Positions 45,520 through 60,169 of a stretch of DNA of 64,000 nt are shown here, piece after piece. The notes under the pieces are model-generated. The model searched no databases, had not been told where the DNA came from, and saw nothing but the letters and a program-made list of their open reading frames with translations. The stretch comes from Lama glama. Its lineage: Eukaryota. Positions within the stretch are counted from its first letter, which is position 1, and every line of letters begins with the position of its first letter. The stretch lies in contig CM052816.1 in NCBI GenBank assembly GCA_028534125.1, positions 41,480,001 to 41,544,000 of the forward strand. The letters are read 5' to 3'. A program made the translations under genes and the position numbers.

Positions 45520-46350
45520 CAGCAGTTGACATTAAGCAAGTTTTACTATGTTCCTGTTCTATACCTTTATACCTGATAGTTTGCACCCCTTAGTCCCTTT
45601 CACCTGTTTTGCCCACACACCTACCCCTACCCCCACCTTTCTGGCAACCACTAGTTTGTTCTTTGTCTCTGTGAGTCTGTTTCTGTTTTGTTATATCTTT
45701 TTTTGTTTTTCAGATTCCACATATAAGTGAAATATACAGTATTTGTCTGACTTATTTCACTTAGCATAATACTCTCCAGGTCCATCCTTGTTGTCACAAA
45801 TGGCAATGTTTCATTTTTTATGGCTGAGTAATATTCCATTTTATGTGTGTACATGTATACACACACTCAGATAAATCACATTTTTATCCATTTATCTGTC
45901 TGGGCACTTAAATTACTTCTGTACCTTGGCTATTGTAAATAATGCTACAAAGAGCACTTAGGTGCACATATCTTTTTGAATTAGTATTTTCTTTTTCTTC
46001 AAATAAATACTGAGAAATAGAATTGCTGGATTGCATGGAGTTAATGTTTTTAATTTTTGAAGGACCTCCGTACTGATTTCCATAGTGGCCATACCAGTTT
46101 ATATTTGTAGCAGCAGTGCACAAGGGCTCCTTCTTCTCCACATCCTGGTCAACACTTGTTTTCTCTTGTTTTTTTGACAGTAGCCATTCTGACTGATATG
46201 AGGGAATATATGTCATTTTGGTTTTGATTTGCATTTCCAGTGATTACTGATGAACATCTGTTAATGTGCCTGTTGGCCATCTGTATGTCTTCTTCAGAAA
46301 ATACCTCTTCAGGTCCTCTGCCCATTTTTTAAATCTATTGTCTTTTTGAT
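45520..46350 (-). mobile_element. L1 ORF2 C-terminus/3'UTR fragment
   Basis: Minus-strand ORFs give MEYYSAIKNETLPFVTTRMDLESIMLSEISQ and MQIKT...EKKEPL, typical of the ORF2p C-terminus. Confidence 0.85.
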
Positions 46351-46589
46351 ATTTTAATTTCAAAATAAGCTGTTTTAATTTAATGTCAATCATTGGATAT
46401 TAACAAGATTTGCTAATTAAATTAGATGTCAATTACAAAGATTTTAATATTTTTTAGTATTGAAGTTGATTAATTTTTTCAATTGCTCGCTGATAAACTT
46501 CCTCTAGAATTTGTTTAAAGAATTGTCTTTGATGACTTGGTTAGCTATTTCTTCATTCTTTTATTTCATTGATAATTGAATACAGGGGA

Positions 46590-46880
46590 AAGTACAGTCT
46601 AAAGAATATTTCAAAAGAAAAACCAAACAGTATTGACTGTAGTTAATGATATGCATGCTGAGGTATTTAGAGGAAGATACAGTAATACCTGTAATTTTTC
46701 TTTGAAATGCATCAAAGAAAAATGAGAGGACTGACAGAGGGATGGATGTATGAAATGATACGTGAATAGAGCAAGCACAATAAAATGTTACTAAGAGATC
46801 TAGGTAGTAGGTATATGGGTGATCATTGTAAAATTCTTTCATCTTTGATGTATGAAAATTTTCATGTTAAAGTTTTTAAG
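46590..46880 (+). mobile_element. Ancient L1 3' end (L1ME-like)
   Basis: gtatatgggtgatcattgtaaaattctttcatctttgatgtatgaaaattttcat. Confidence 0.55.
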
Positions 46881-48829
46881 TAATCTATGCGTATTAGGAA
46901 AATTTATTGGTTTAAAATAGCCTGCTATTTGTCTTGCTAACTTGATATGCTTTGATCATACGCTACAACTTATTTAAATAGCCCAATTTTACAGACTATG
47001 AAGTATCACTGTAGAAGCAAATTCTGAAGATATTGTGCATAAATCTATGCACATTAAACATAAGGATTTGGGTGACTGCTCTTTAGACTGCAGTACTTTT
47101 TTTATGTACAAAGAACTTTATTACACTTATACAATAGGAAAAATTAGAAACTTCACATGAGACTGCAATACATTTTTATAGCCTAGTTTTTGTAAAATTA
47201 TAGACCAAAATATTGATGTAGAATAGGTATCATCATATCATGCATTTAAGCAAACATCCTTCACAAACTAAATTGATAATACTAATGATAATGTATAATT
47301 AATGAAACAAAACAGAAACACATGAGAAAGCCACAACCGACTTGACAACACTGATAAAAATTCTTTTAGAAAGTCAACGAGTTATCCATCTTTGTATACA
47401 CATGTATGTGCTGGGATAATTTTGTAGTTAATGTATGACTCACAGACTTAGGATTTCCAAAATTTACTAACACTTGGCAACTTTTTAGTACTTTACTAGG
47501 AAGCAGCTCTTTACACATATCAGTGTCCACAATCAAAAGGTTAAGAATTACTGATCTTAGTGGAAAGAGAATTTGGAGCTCTGTCTTTTAGCCTTACCTA
47601 GTTGTATGAGTTTAGACAAGCCACTTTAGCCTTATTACCTCATTTGTTTGTTTATTTTAAAAATTGTCCACTGTATTGACTGTGCCTACCTAAAAGATAG
47701 GTTATTTGTGGAATTAATAGAAAAGAGCTTCAGAAATATAAAACCTGTATAAAATATCTGTTATCAATAGTATCTCATTCAAGGCTTTATAACTTAATGT
47801 ATGTTTTGTAGTCACAGGCAATAGACTCTTGATATTTGAGAGGAATAGTCTCAGCTGTTAAGAAATCCCCAGATTAAGTGCTTCTATATAGTAGTATTTC
47901 TCCCATAAAAAAAAAAGAAAATTATTTCCTAGCTAAGAATTTTTGCTTTCTCTTCTATTAATATCACAGAAAGATAGCTTTCTTCTGGGAAGTCATTCAC
48001 ACACAGGTTTTTTGTTTGTTTTTTAATTACTTAAAATCTATTGCTTGGCTCAGTAAAAATGCTGATATTGGGTAGTCCACTAAACCCCCATCATTGGCTG
48101 ATTAGTAATTTCTGCACCATCTTGTTTATATAGACAAAATTCAAAATCTTTAACACACCTGTTGGAAGGCTAGTGGTTCAAGAAAATGTAAATACATGAA
48201 GTTATTACTATTTTAGTGATGGCAGATCAACTTCAACTCAGGTGTCACGATTATTAGTGGCTGCTACAAGGTTGTATTGAGAAGGATTCAGAGGCTATAT
48301 CTGAATTTATCATGAAGGAGTTCTATGATCAATAACTAATCCAAGCCTTGGGATGGGAAGTGGGACCTAAAGATACAGTGTCCTTGGTTGATAGTGTCTG
48401 ATCCTGTTACTCCCATGACTATTAACATTAGAATTATAAAATGAGAATTGCTTTCAATTCATTATTTGGGACCTTTCTTTCACAAGCATAATCCATGTTA
48501 TCTGATGGTATCTTTACTCAAACTACTAACATAGTGTAATCCTTTTATACCTAATCTTCATCACAATGAGTCCCTAATTGGTAAGTTTACTTTTCTTTGG
48601 TTTCAAACTAGGATTGATAACTACTTTCCACTCCAAAGATTATAAAATGAAGGAGGTCAGAAAAGAAGTAAAAGTTAATAATGTTTAAGTTTATTTGGAA
48701 ACTTACCCATACATGAAGTTTTTTTAAATGCTAGAAATAATCTCCTTAGACTTTGTTCTTTAGAGGGCTAAGATGTATAGTATGTATGTTCCTGTCTAAA
48801 GGATAGGGGGTTATTTTCCACCAGACTAA

Positions 48830-48952
<123 letters not shown>

Positions 48953-48999
48953 TAATGCATCATTGAGCCATTCTTCCCTACAGAAGAATTCTGTTAATA

Positions 49000-49730
49000 A
49001 ATGTAGAAGGAATGAAGGAAACAGGAAGTCACCTTTAGAGTACTGCATTTGTAGTTGAGTACCACATACCAAAGATTATTGCGGGTAAGGTCCTTTGAAG
49101 CAAGCTAAAATAAGTGGGCAAGAAACAAGACATCGGCATAGTCTAAAAGTCTCTCCTCCAAAATGTTCATTGATTACAAAGAGAAAAATAATAACTCTGC
49201 CTGACACCACCTTAAATGAACAATCAAGGTTAACATCACCAGTAATAAGACATACTAACATCATGAACCCCCTGAAACTATGCGCTGCAAAAGGTACAAC
49301 AACACTTCTGTGGAATTCTTGGCAAAAATGCATAACCTCAATCAAATCATAAGAAAATATCAGGCAAACCCGAGCTGAGAGAGATTCTATAAAATAACTG
49401 TCAAAAGTGTCAAGGTCATGGAAAACAAGAAAAACCTAAGGAGCTGTCCCAGATTGGAGGAAACTAAGAAAAACTTGAAAACTAAGTGTAATCTGGAGTT
49501 CCAGATTGGATTCTGGAGCAGAGAAAAGGACCTTAGTGAGGAAATGTGAGATCTGAATTGAAGTCTGAAGTTAATAGTGTTCATTACTTAGTTTTTTGAT
49601 CATTATACTATGGTTACATAAGATACTGACGTTAGAAGCTGGTAAAAAGCATATGGGAACTCTTGGTACTATTTTTGCAGCCTTTCTGTAAGTCTAAAAT
49701 TATTTCAGAGTCAAATTTTTTAAAAAGTCA
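49000..49730 (+). mobile_element. Old L1 3'UTR (L1MC-like)
   Basis: atatgggaactcttggtactatttttgcagcctttctgtaagtctaaaattatttc terminal motif. Confidence 0.7.
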
Positions 49731-49894
49731 TGGGTCAAATAGTTTATTTTAAAAAAAAGATACCTACAGAAGTTACATTTATACATTCTAATATCTTAAG
49801 TGAGAACTTCTTTTAGCATCAAGATTTTCTTTTTCCTGTTTTATGAGTGTTTGAAGCCACTTAAAAGATTCTTCAATATGTGCATTTATTTTAG

Positions 49895-49946
49895 CAAAAT
49901 AATGACCAGAACAGCAACTTGAATACTCAGATGATTCGAAATCCAG
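49895..49946 (+). CDS. CHD1: CHD1 small exon (QNNDQNSNLNTQMIRNP)
   Basis: ttttag|CAA AAT; CCA G|gtaagt; 52 nt. Confidence 0.94.
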
Positions 49947-50380
49947 GTAAGTGAGTCTTACTAATTCTTTTGGATAGTAAATTTAAAAATTGGTTTTTGG
50001 TGGGCAGTGGCAGGGTTGGGTGGAGTGGTTTGTTTTAGATGATACACACCCATGTTCTTATATCAAATCTAGCATCTTAAACAGTAATCCTTTTTAGCTT
50101 ATTATTAGCTTTGACCAGTTACTAGAAATTATAGAATAATTGTTGAATCTTTTTTTAAAAAAATACTATTTGGAATGATGCATTCTTTCTATGCAAGATT
50201 CACAAAAATGTAGACTGTGAAGGAAATGGGTCCTGTATTTTTCAGTTGTGATTTTTTCACATTTCAGATTTAAACTACCTATTTGTAAGCCTTAGTATGT
50301 CTTTTATAGACCATTTCTACATGCTTTAACTGCCTGTATTTGGGAACTAGTTTTGTTGGAGTTGAAACAGGAGTTCTTAA

Positions 50381-50671
<291 letters not shown>

Positions 50672-51652
50672 TAAACTTGACAGTTTTGAAATTTTGCTTA
50701 TTCATGTCTTTTTAAATTTTATTTGCTGTATTTGACTATCAGCCAATTCAATCTTCAAGTAATCACAAGTCTTACGTAAAATAAAGGTATTTGTTTATAA
50801 ATAAGAAAAACTGATATATGGTCATTAAGTTATTGAATTTCTCTATAAAATTTTTTTAGTTATAAATTTAAGATCAATGTGTGCAATAAAAGATGAAATT
50901 TAGTATAGGGAGTTTTGTAATTATAAGTCCTGGGATTCATTATTGTTAGTTTTAGAGAATATTATTTCATACTTTTCAAAATTTCATTGAGTAAAGTAAA
51001 AGCTTGATGGACTGAAGTATGGTGGTGGGAAATTCAGTGTTCCATTAAAAAAAAACTCATTGGAGAATAATTAATTTATGTGAAGCACCTCACTAAGGTT
51101 TAAACTTAATCAGAACAATCTGAGATAGTTCTGAAATCAGTAAGTTTCCTCCGTTTATTATTGGCTTGTTTTTTCTTTTTCTAAAAATGACTGGAATATA
51201 ATAGAATATATTTTACTCCTTTATTGTAAGGGAGTATTTTTATTAATTATCATTACTATGAACCAAATAAAATGCTGAGAAGAGTAAAAGTAAAGATCAG
51301 AAAATAAATTAATTTTCTTTGTATTTTAGTTCTGCTCACTATAGTAATTTCTTTTCTCTGAGAAGCACTGCCACACTGTAAACATATCAGTTGCAGAATG
51401 CCTGTTAAAATTAGAAAAGGGCACACAATGAAAAGGAAAAACCATATTTATAGGTGTAAATATTTGTAATTTCACAGACTTAAATAATATGATTTATATT
51501 GTTTATAAGGGCCTTTTATGAACCAAAAAGCATTAAATTATGTTTGGTGAATTTTATTTGAAAAAGCAAACATTTTAGAGATTACTTTTAATTAAATGCT
51601 ATAGTTATTTTTTAGCAAACTACCACATTTATGTAGAAATTGCACCGTAGTG

Positions 51653-51793
51653 TTTTTTTATTTTATCTTTTTTATGTTTTTTGGTGGGGATAATTAGGTT
51701 TATTTATTTAGTTTTTAATGGAGGTACTGAGGATTGAACCCAGGACCTCATGCATGCTAGGCATGAACTCTATCACTGCGCTGTTCCCTCCCT
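51653..51793 (-). mobile_element. tRNA-Ala-derived SINE (Vic-1-like)
   Basis: tggaggtactgaggattgaacccaggacctc core plus taattaggtttattt tail. Confidence 0.85.
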
Positions 51794-52275
51794 CGCATGA
51801 TTTATGTATCAAGTCTTACTATGTACCTAGTCACATTAAGGAAGCTCCTAATAGGCATTATCAACCAGTGAAAATTCTCTTACACAATTTATTTCATAGA
51901 CTGTGTTTTAGAGGTTTTTATTTTTTCCTGCTTACAGGCTCATAAAAGGCTGATTTCAAGGGTATTCTAGATTGATGTAGTTTTATTAATGCCAGTTTCC
52001 AGATAAAGATGCATTAATACAAATGCATAAAATAAAAAGTAGCAATCAGTCTAAAATGGGCTTGCAAAATTAGATATATGAAATGCTGTGTATTGTTCAC
52101 TTAAGTTTTATGAATGGAATAGTTTTTCCAAAGGCATGTAGAGATATTTTTCCAGTGCTTTTTAACGCCACTTACGAAGTTTTGTGATGAAGCACTGACT
52201 TGTGTACAGTTGAAAGTATGCTTTAGAGTATTTTTGTGTTTTATTTTTAATACGATTTTGTTTGGAAACATTTAA

Positions 52276-52662
<387 letters not shown>

Positions 52663-53382
52663 CAAAAACTGGTAACTGTCTTTCTGGACTTTTCTTTTAG
52701 CCATATATCATAAACCAACACAGTAATTGCCTTACATGACTTGAAAGATATAAACAGATCTTCTATCAGTAGCAGTATTGTTACTTCTTTCCAGGATGCA
52801 AGGTCTATTATCCCAACAGAAGAGAAAATATTTTTATATTTAAGGATTATGCTGCACTGTACTACAAGTATTGTAGTACTTTTTTTTTTCTTTTTTAAAG
52901 AAATGGAAAATGTTTACTATAACAGGGACCTCAACACTGCCCTTCCATATAGGCTGGATAAAACTGTTTTTAAGTCAGTGATTTTAGACTGACATCCATT
53001 TAAATTATGTTTGTATATGAACTTTACTCTGACCTGTGATCATGTTTCAGGAAGGAATGAAAGAGAGTTCTTTTCTTAATGAAGAAAAAACACTCAAGGA
53101 CTTTGTTCACTTTCCAAAGCTACTTGTTTACATTGTACACTGCGACCACCTTGCCGCTTTTCATCACAAGCTTGAATATTTAAATTCTGTACTTATATCT
53201 GTAAAATAGCCAGGAATTTCCTGTTCGTGATCTATTATTATGCCTTTTTACACACACACAAACTATGGCTGTAAATTATTGTAAATGGATTAAATGAGCT
53301 TTCCTTACTTCCTTCCCCTTCTCAGGCTTTTTTTGACTGTTCCTTTCCCTACCAACTCAGGCCTTCTTATCATTAAAAGAAG

Positions 53383-53386
<4 letters not shown>

Positions 53387-53416
<30 letters not shown>
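53387..53416. repeat. (TA)15 microsatellite in 3'UTR
   Basis: Direct reading. Confidence 0.92.
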
Positions 53417-53420
<4 letters not shown>

Positions 53421-53861
53421 AGTGTAATAACACTTTTTAATGATTTGTCTTGATGGAATCATTGTTTAGAATGTAAAAAATGGGGAAAGGGGCCACTTAA
53501 TTCCATTAGTCTGTTTTATATTGACTGTTTTATTAGATATATGTTATTTCTTTCCTTTTTTTCATTTTTTTAGTCAATATTGTGTTTGTAGTAACAAAAT
53601 GGTGAGATAATATGTAAAATCTAAACTGCATGCTCTGGAAACTTTTTTTCAGAAGCATTGGTTTAAAAGCGTAGGTGTATGAACACTTTCAGAATCCAAA
53701 CGGCCAAAAGTTATTGTAAATCCATTTGTTTTCCTTTTCATGTGGGCAATAATGTTAAATGTGCTATGCAGCCAGGTAACATTTTAGATAAACTTGATTG
53801 ACTTTTAATATAAACTGTTACAATGCACACTGATTGTATATAAAAACCTTATATATGACAA

Positions 53862-53867
53862 ATTAAA
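53862..53867 (+). terminator. Candidate polyadenylation signal (ATTAAA)
   Basis: Variant hexamer preceded by UGUA motifs and followed by GU/U-rich sequence; an alternative AATAAA lies at 54377-54382. Confidence 0.5.
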
Positions 53868-56849
53868 TTTAAGAAAAAGGATATGTGGGCTCCTGTAATT
53901 TTCTGCTGCATTCTTATTCCCTCAAGCACTTATTTTTTTTTTTTAAGTAGTAACATTTAGCTGCCAGAAAATGCTATTTTGGTAAGCAGTTGAATGTGTA
54001 GCACTACAAATCTATTTTGAAGACTAACTATATGAATCTATGAAGTAAAATTTAGATACAGAAATCTTTGTTGGACTCTTTTTGATTTCCTGCAGATATT
54101 ATTTTAGAATGCCTTATATTTATTTACAGATTTTATTTTGTTATATTCAGTGGGATTTTTGAATCATGTGGCATACATTCTTGGATGTGTGTTGTGATGT
54201 AACAAACCTGAATTCTAACTTTGACAAAAATAAGTATACTGAAATATCCTATAATATTCTTAAATATGTCTGCTGACTAGCTGTGGGAGTGATGCACAGA
54301 AATGTGTCCATAGATGTATTTTTTTTAATATTTTCCCTTTATCCAGTTAGGTCTAAAATTTATACTAAGTGTACAGAATAAAGCTGCTTCACCCCTCCCT
54401 ACCACCCCTTCCTTTTTTAAAGCAGTGATTCCTCTTTTAGATAGTTACCCTGAAGAACGATAATCTGCCTTTTCCTGGTATATCAGTATATGAGGAATAT
54501 CTCAACTTTTAAACATCTAAATATAGAAGTGATTTAACAATTCAGGGCTGGTATACATTTTTTAAGCTTTTTTACCTTTTTCTAATTTGATTATTTTATT
54601 CTACAAGATATCATTTAATAAAAATTATAATGCTTAATAAAGTCATAATACTAACAGATCAGGGTTGGCACTTTTAATTCATCACTTTGTAGCTGGGACA
54701 TTTGCATTATATCTTATTGTGAACATTTCATAGAACAATATTACATTTTTGAGACAATGGAATGGGCTCCAACTTTCTTAACAATGCTACATTTAGTTGA
54801 ATATTTCAGTCAACTAATTGGCTGGGTTGGATAAAAAAATCTAAAACTGTATGTAACATTTATTAATCGATGGAAGATAATGTTCATTATTTGTAAGAAT
54901 CAGCAATTATGTAGAAAAGGAGCAAGCCATAAATTTTTTAAAGACAATGGAAAAGAACATTAGTATAGAGATATATAACAGGAAACATTCTCTATAAGAT
55001 ATGCTTAATTTTTGTCTTTTTACATGCTCATTCTGATTTGCTCTTTTATCCATTTGTGTTTGATTTTTCAAGGCTGAGAGATTATGCACAGTACTGTACC
55101 AGTTAACCCTCCACTTTAATAATACACAATAAATGTTTCTTACTAAAAGCAATGGCCTGTTTGCGTATAAAGAAAATATTCTTTGTTTAGGACCTGTTAA
55201 AAAATAATTTTCAGACTGGAAAGTTGTGGAAAACTGGAGTGTGAATGATTCATTAACTTGAGAGTGAGTGGCTTAATACAATTAGAACTGTAATATAGTT
55301 GCACAAAACGTAGATTACGTACATAACTTCTCTTTGATAATCTGTTTTTGTAGCTAAATAATGGAAGGGTGTAGATTATACAGATTTACACAGATTTCAT
55401 CTCCTTAAGATTTATCAAGAATATGCATGAATATCTTTACACTATGTTACTGTTTCGGACTATAAAACGATCATTGGACTATAATTAATAACTGACAGTT
55501 TTTTAAGTCTTGAAGGAGTAGTTGAGAAAGCAACTAATCATTAAATATGAGTTTTTTTCCTGGATCTTCCCAGCTTCATCTGAAACTTACATGTGAACTG
55601 GTAAATGTAGCTTAATTGTTAAATTTTGAGTAGTTTATTACTTAGCAAATAATGCAAAAAAAATTTTAATGTTCCTGAATTGCTAATTTAAGCTTATAAA
55701 CATGGATACTTCTATCAAACAGATTAAGTTCAAGGCTCAATTTTAAGATACAAGTAAAATTATTACAAATTGTTACAGCACTTTAAGCAAGATTTGTGAT
55801 GAGTGGAATATGTTTAAAAGGAAGCGGCTAGGCAATAGTGCAACAACAAAAATATATTGAAACCATGTCAAAACTTCAGTGTTAAAATTCTTAAGGTACC
55901 TAATTTTAGATATTTAAAGGAAAGTAATTTAACTGAAATTACAGTTTCTCCTGGCAGTGACTATGTATAGTAAGTGATTTTGCAGAATGCTTTATATGAA
56001 TTTTTTTTTCTTTTTTTTTTTTTTAAGAAAAGAACCTAGTAAGTTGACTTTATTACATAAAATCTTTGGGTTCTTTATAAAGAAATATCTGGATATAGGT
56101 AATGTTACCAATGTTAAAGAATGAAACATGAGATTATTTGGTACAGCAGAATTTTAAAAAATACTCTTCAGATATTTCTAAGTATGCCAAGTTCTCCAAT
56201 GGGGCTTTATGTTCCATATTTTCTATTGTAAAAGGTCCCTTGTCCTTCAGTTATTTAAAAAAAAAAAAAAGTTACCCAATGTTTATTTGAAATGGGATTG
56301 GTAGTTCAAATTCCCAAATGAATGAGATGCTTTTAAATTTATATCCTAGTCTACATTTGAGTTTTCGTCTAAATATTAAATTGAAGAGGTTTATGAGGAG
56401 TCTGGAGAAACTCCCTAGCTCATAATGATTCTATGAAATGGGCTAAAGACAGATTGTATTGAAGATATAATACTTTACATGTGGAAATGTGGGTTGCACT
56501 GTTATTTCATCATTATAGGTTGCTATTAAGTTTCCAATCTGTAGAATGAGCTGTGGAATTCAACTGGCATTTGTTACTTGTTTTTTCCTCTTTTTACTTT
56601 AAAAATGTTTGTTTTGTCTGGTGTTCTGCAGTTTCACTGTGCTGAGTAAGGTGTGGTTGTTTGGTTGACTGGGTGAATTGATTGATTTTCTTTACTCAGG
56701 TCTTGCCTGCTGCCCAGTTCTTCTTCCCTTCTGGAATTCCTATGGTATTGCTGTCGTAAGACTTTTGATTTCTGTTCTCCATCTTAACAGCTTTATTATT
56801 TTTCCTTTTCTTTCAACTTCTGTGCTGATTATCTTAGCTTCAATCACTT

Positions 56850-57385
56850 CCCTGAAGACATCTCCACTTAGGTATCTAATAGGTATGTAACTTGAAAATA
56901 GTAAAATCAGACTCAACTCTCCTCTACCAGTGATATTTAAAAAAAAAAAACTCCAAATAGTCCATAATTTTTGATGAATGGACTCAGCATTTACAGCTCT
57001 CTAATCTGTGGCACTTCCCTCCTAGTTATTCCTGTCAGTTTTATCTCATTCACATTACTTCCATTGTTCTTAGACTACACCAAATAATACATTTGCATCT
57101 CTGCATTGCTCCTCTTTTAAGAAGTTTTTATCCCTGATTTGCACAAAGCTATTCTCTCAACTTACTTCAGGTCTCTGCTCAAATGTCATCTCAGGTCTCC
57201 AAATTAGTACCCTGACCTTATTTTCACATTCCTTGTTTTGCTTTTTCTTTTAGCTCTTACCATTACTTAATATTTTTTCCTTTGTCATTGTATCTTTACT
57301 AGTATGTGCCATTATTGGAGGGCCTTTATTTTATTCAGTGCTGTATCCACAGCACCTAAAACAGTGCCTTACATATCAACTGTAT
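56850..57385 (+). mobile_element. L2 LINE fragment
   Basis: ttcaggtctctgctcaaatgtcatc ... cagcacctaaaacagtgcct. Confidence 0.55.
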
Positions 57386-57439
57386 TTTTTTTTCACTGTC
57401 TTGGTGTCTTTCCCAGAAATTCTGTGTTCCATAAATAGC

Positions 57440-59125
57440 CAGCATTACCAAACTTTTTATCCATTCACCAACTGAATTTTCAGTCTTTGGGCTCTTAAGA
57501 ATAAAGATGTTACAACTTTTCATGTAAAGGTCTCTGGGGAAACATACTCTGATTTTTCTTTGGTAAATAACTTAGAGGAGGATTGCCGACTTGTACGGTA
57601 AGGCATATGTTTTACTTTATTAAAAGTTGCCAAACCGTTTTCCAAAGTAGATGTACCATTTTACATTCCCACCCGATACAGATCAGAGTTCTCATTATTC
57701 TGTATTATGTGAGCATTTTGCATTAATAGGTTTTTTTCATTTTAGCCATTTGGTAAGTGTATAGTGGTAACTTAATTTGCATTTCTCTAATGACTAGTGA
57801 TAATCAACATCTTTTAGTACGTTTATTTGCTATCCTTATCTCTTTGATAAAGCATCTGTTCAAATTTTTTCCAATTTTATAAAATAAAATTGTTGATACA
57901 CGTCATCAGATAAACTGCAAATATTTTCTCCTACTCTGGCTTGTCTTTTAACAGTCTCTTGAAATGCAGAATTGGAAAAAAATTTTATAAAGTCAATTTT
58001 ATCAGTTTATCCAGGTTTTTGTTTGTTTTTACCCCTCTTGTGGTTCATTCATGTGTAGAAATCTGCCTAACTTGAGGTCACAAAGATTTCTCTCCTATGT
58101 TTTCTTCAGGAAGGATTATGCTTTTAGGAATTGCTTTTAAATCTGTGATTCATTTCAAGTTGATTTTTGCATGCAGTGGGAGGTATTGATCAAAATTGTG
58201 TGTGGGGTGGGTTTTTTGGAGTTTTGTTTTGGGGATATGTATATCCCATTTTCCCAGCACCATTTGTTGAAAAGACTATCCTCTTCCACTGAATTTTTAT
58301 TTTACCTTGTTGAAAATCTGTTGTCCATATAGATGTGTGTCTTTTTCTGGGCTCCTTATTCTGTCCTATTTATTATTTCTGTCCTTACTCTACCACCACA
58401 CTATCCTGATTACTGTACTTTATAGTAAGTCATGAAATCAGGTAGTGTGACTTCTAAATTTTGTTCTTTTTCAAAATTCTTTTGCTTTTCCACATTACAA
58501 TTTAGAATCAACTTGTCAATTTCTACCAAAAAGCTTGGTGGGATCTTTCTTTATTGACTCTGTAATCAATTTGGCAAATATTGACAATTTAACAATATTG
58601 AGACTTCCAGCTTATGAACACAGTATATATCTCCATTGGAAAGTCTTAAATTTCTCTCATCAGTGTCTGGTATTTCAGTGTATAAATCTTATACATATAT
58701 TTTTGGATTTACCCCTTAGTAGTTCATACTTTTCTACTATTACAAATGACTTTTTTACTTCAGTTTTTAAGTGTTCACTGGTTTTTTTTATTTGACCTTC
58801 CTTGATTCTGCGACCTTGCAATACACACTAATTAGCTGTAATATCTTGTTCCAGATTGAGATTTTCTACATAGACAATCATACCTTCTGTGAAAAAAAAT
58901 TGTATCTTCATAATCTTTATCTCCTTCCTTCTTGCCTTAATGTACTTTCTGTGATCTCTACTCTAATGCTGGTAAAAGTGGGCATCTTTATCTTACTCCC
59001 ATCTGGATTGGGGGAGGTAAGAATTCAGCCTTTCGCCAGTGAGGGTGGTATGAGCTATAGGAGTTTTTTTGCAGTTCCCTTTATCATGTTAAGGAAGTTC
59101 CCTTTTAACCTTAGTTTTCTGAGTA
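57440..59125 (-). mobile_element. Degenerate L1 ORF2 region
   Basis: ccattttacattcccacc, tttgcatttctctaatgact, ccagcaccatttgttgaaaagact are antisense L1 ORF2 motifs. Confidence 0.8.
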
Positions 59126-59276
59126 TTAAAAGAAAATAATAATTTGTTTTTTATTCTTAAAATAACCATAAGTACTTTTTAATGGGATATGTGCACCTGT
59201 TTTACAACTATTAAATCATGGAGACATCTACCCTCATTACCTGTTCACCTTGATTTTCTCCTAGTACTTGCTTTTT

Positions 59277-59669
59277 TATTTCTTTGCAGTCTCTATTTTT
59301 TTTAACATTTTTTATTGAGTAATAGTCATTTTACAATGTTGTGTCAAATTCCAGCGTAGAGCACAATTTTTTAGTTGTACATCAACATATACATTTATTG
59401 TCACATTTATTTTTTTGCTGTGAGCTACCACAAGATCTTGTATATATTTCCCTGTGCTATACAGTATAATCTTGTTTATCTGTTCTACATTTTAAAATCC
59501 CAGTCTGTCCCTTCCCACCCCTGCTCCCTTGGCAACCACAAGTTTGTATTCTATGTCTATGAGTCTGTTTCTGTTTTGTATTTATTTATTTATTTATTTT
59601 TTAAGATTCCACCTATGAGTAATCTTATATGGTATTTTTCTTTCTCTTCCCGGCTTACTTCACTTAGAA
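59277..59669 (-). mobile_element. Young 5'-truncated L1 3' end (same family as 11938-12160)
   Basis: Near-identical body; TSD tcctagta(c/t)ttgcttttt at 59259-59276 and 59670-59687. Confidence 0.85.
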
Positions 59670-60169
59670 TCCTAGTATTTGCTTTTTATCAAAGAAAACA
59701 TCAAAAAAACAGCTTGGTAATGTAATGGAATCTAATGATGAAACTGAACCATCTCAAGTTAGTAGTCAATGTTATTTTAGGCTGATGGACATTTATCATT
59801 GTGTTTCCCTCAAAAATGTTAAAATTTCCTGCAGCACCCCTGTGTTTTCGCTGCATTTGCAAATTACAGCACTTCCCTACACACAGCATTTAAGAATTTA
59901 TTAAAACTTAACTGATTTATTCTTATCTGCTTTATAAACTCTCTTCCTGTCACACTGTCACATATAACATACAGTTAATGTATATCAGCTCCTCTTGGAG
60001 AGTCTTGTCATTCTTTAGAATTCAGCTCACTTAGATTGCCTGGTGACCTCTGCTTTTGAATTGATTTAAGGAAAACTGCTATTTTTAGATTAACCATCTT
60101 TTCTCTTGCTACGACAGGAAGAATGTTCTCTTAGTGCTATTTATATCCTAAAATGAGGCACTCCCAATG

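Larger units (their letters stand above)
52663..53890 (+). other. CHD1: CHD1 3'UTR (approximate end)
   Basis: Transposon-free U-rich sequence after the stop codon, ending near ATTAAA at 53862; end point inferred. Confidence 0.7.

Noticed and set aside
49947..49956. Tandem donor GTAAGTGAGT (+4 shift)
   Set aside because: Common by-product of the GTAAGT consensus; the proximal site is consensus-perfect and keeps frame
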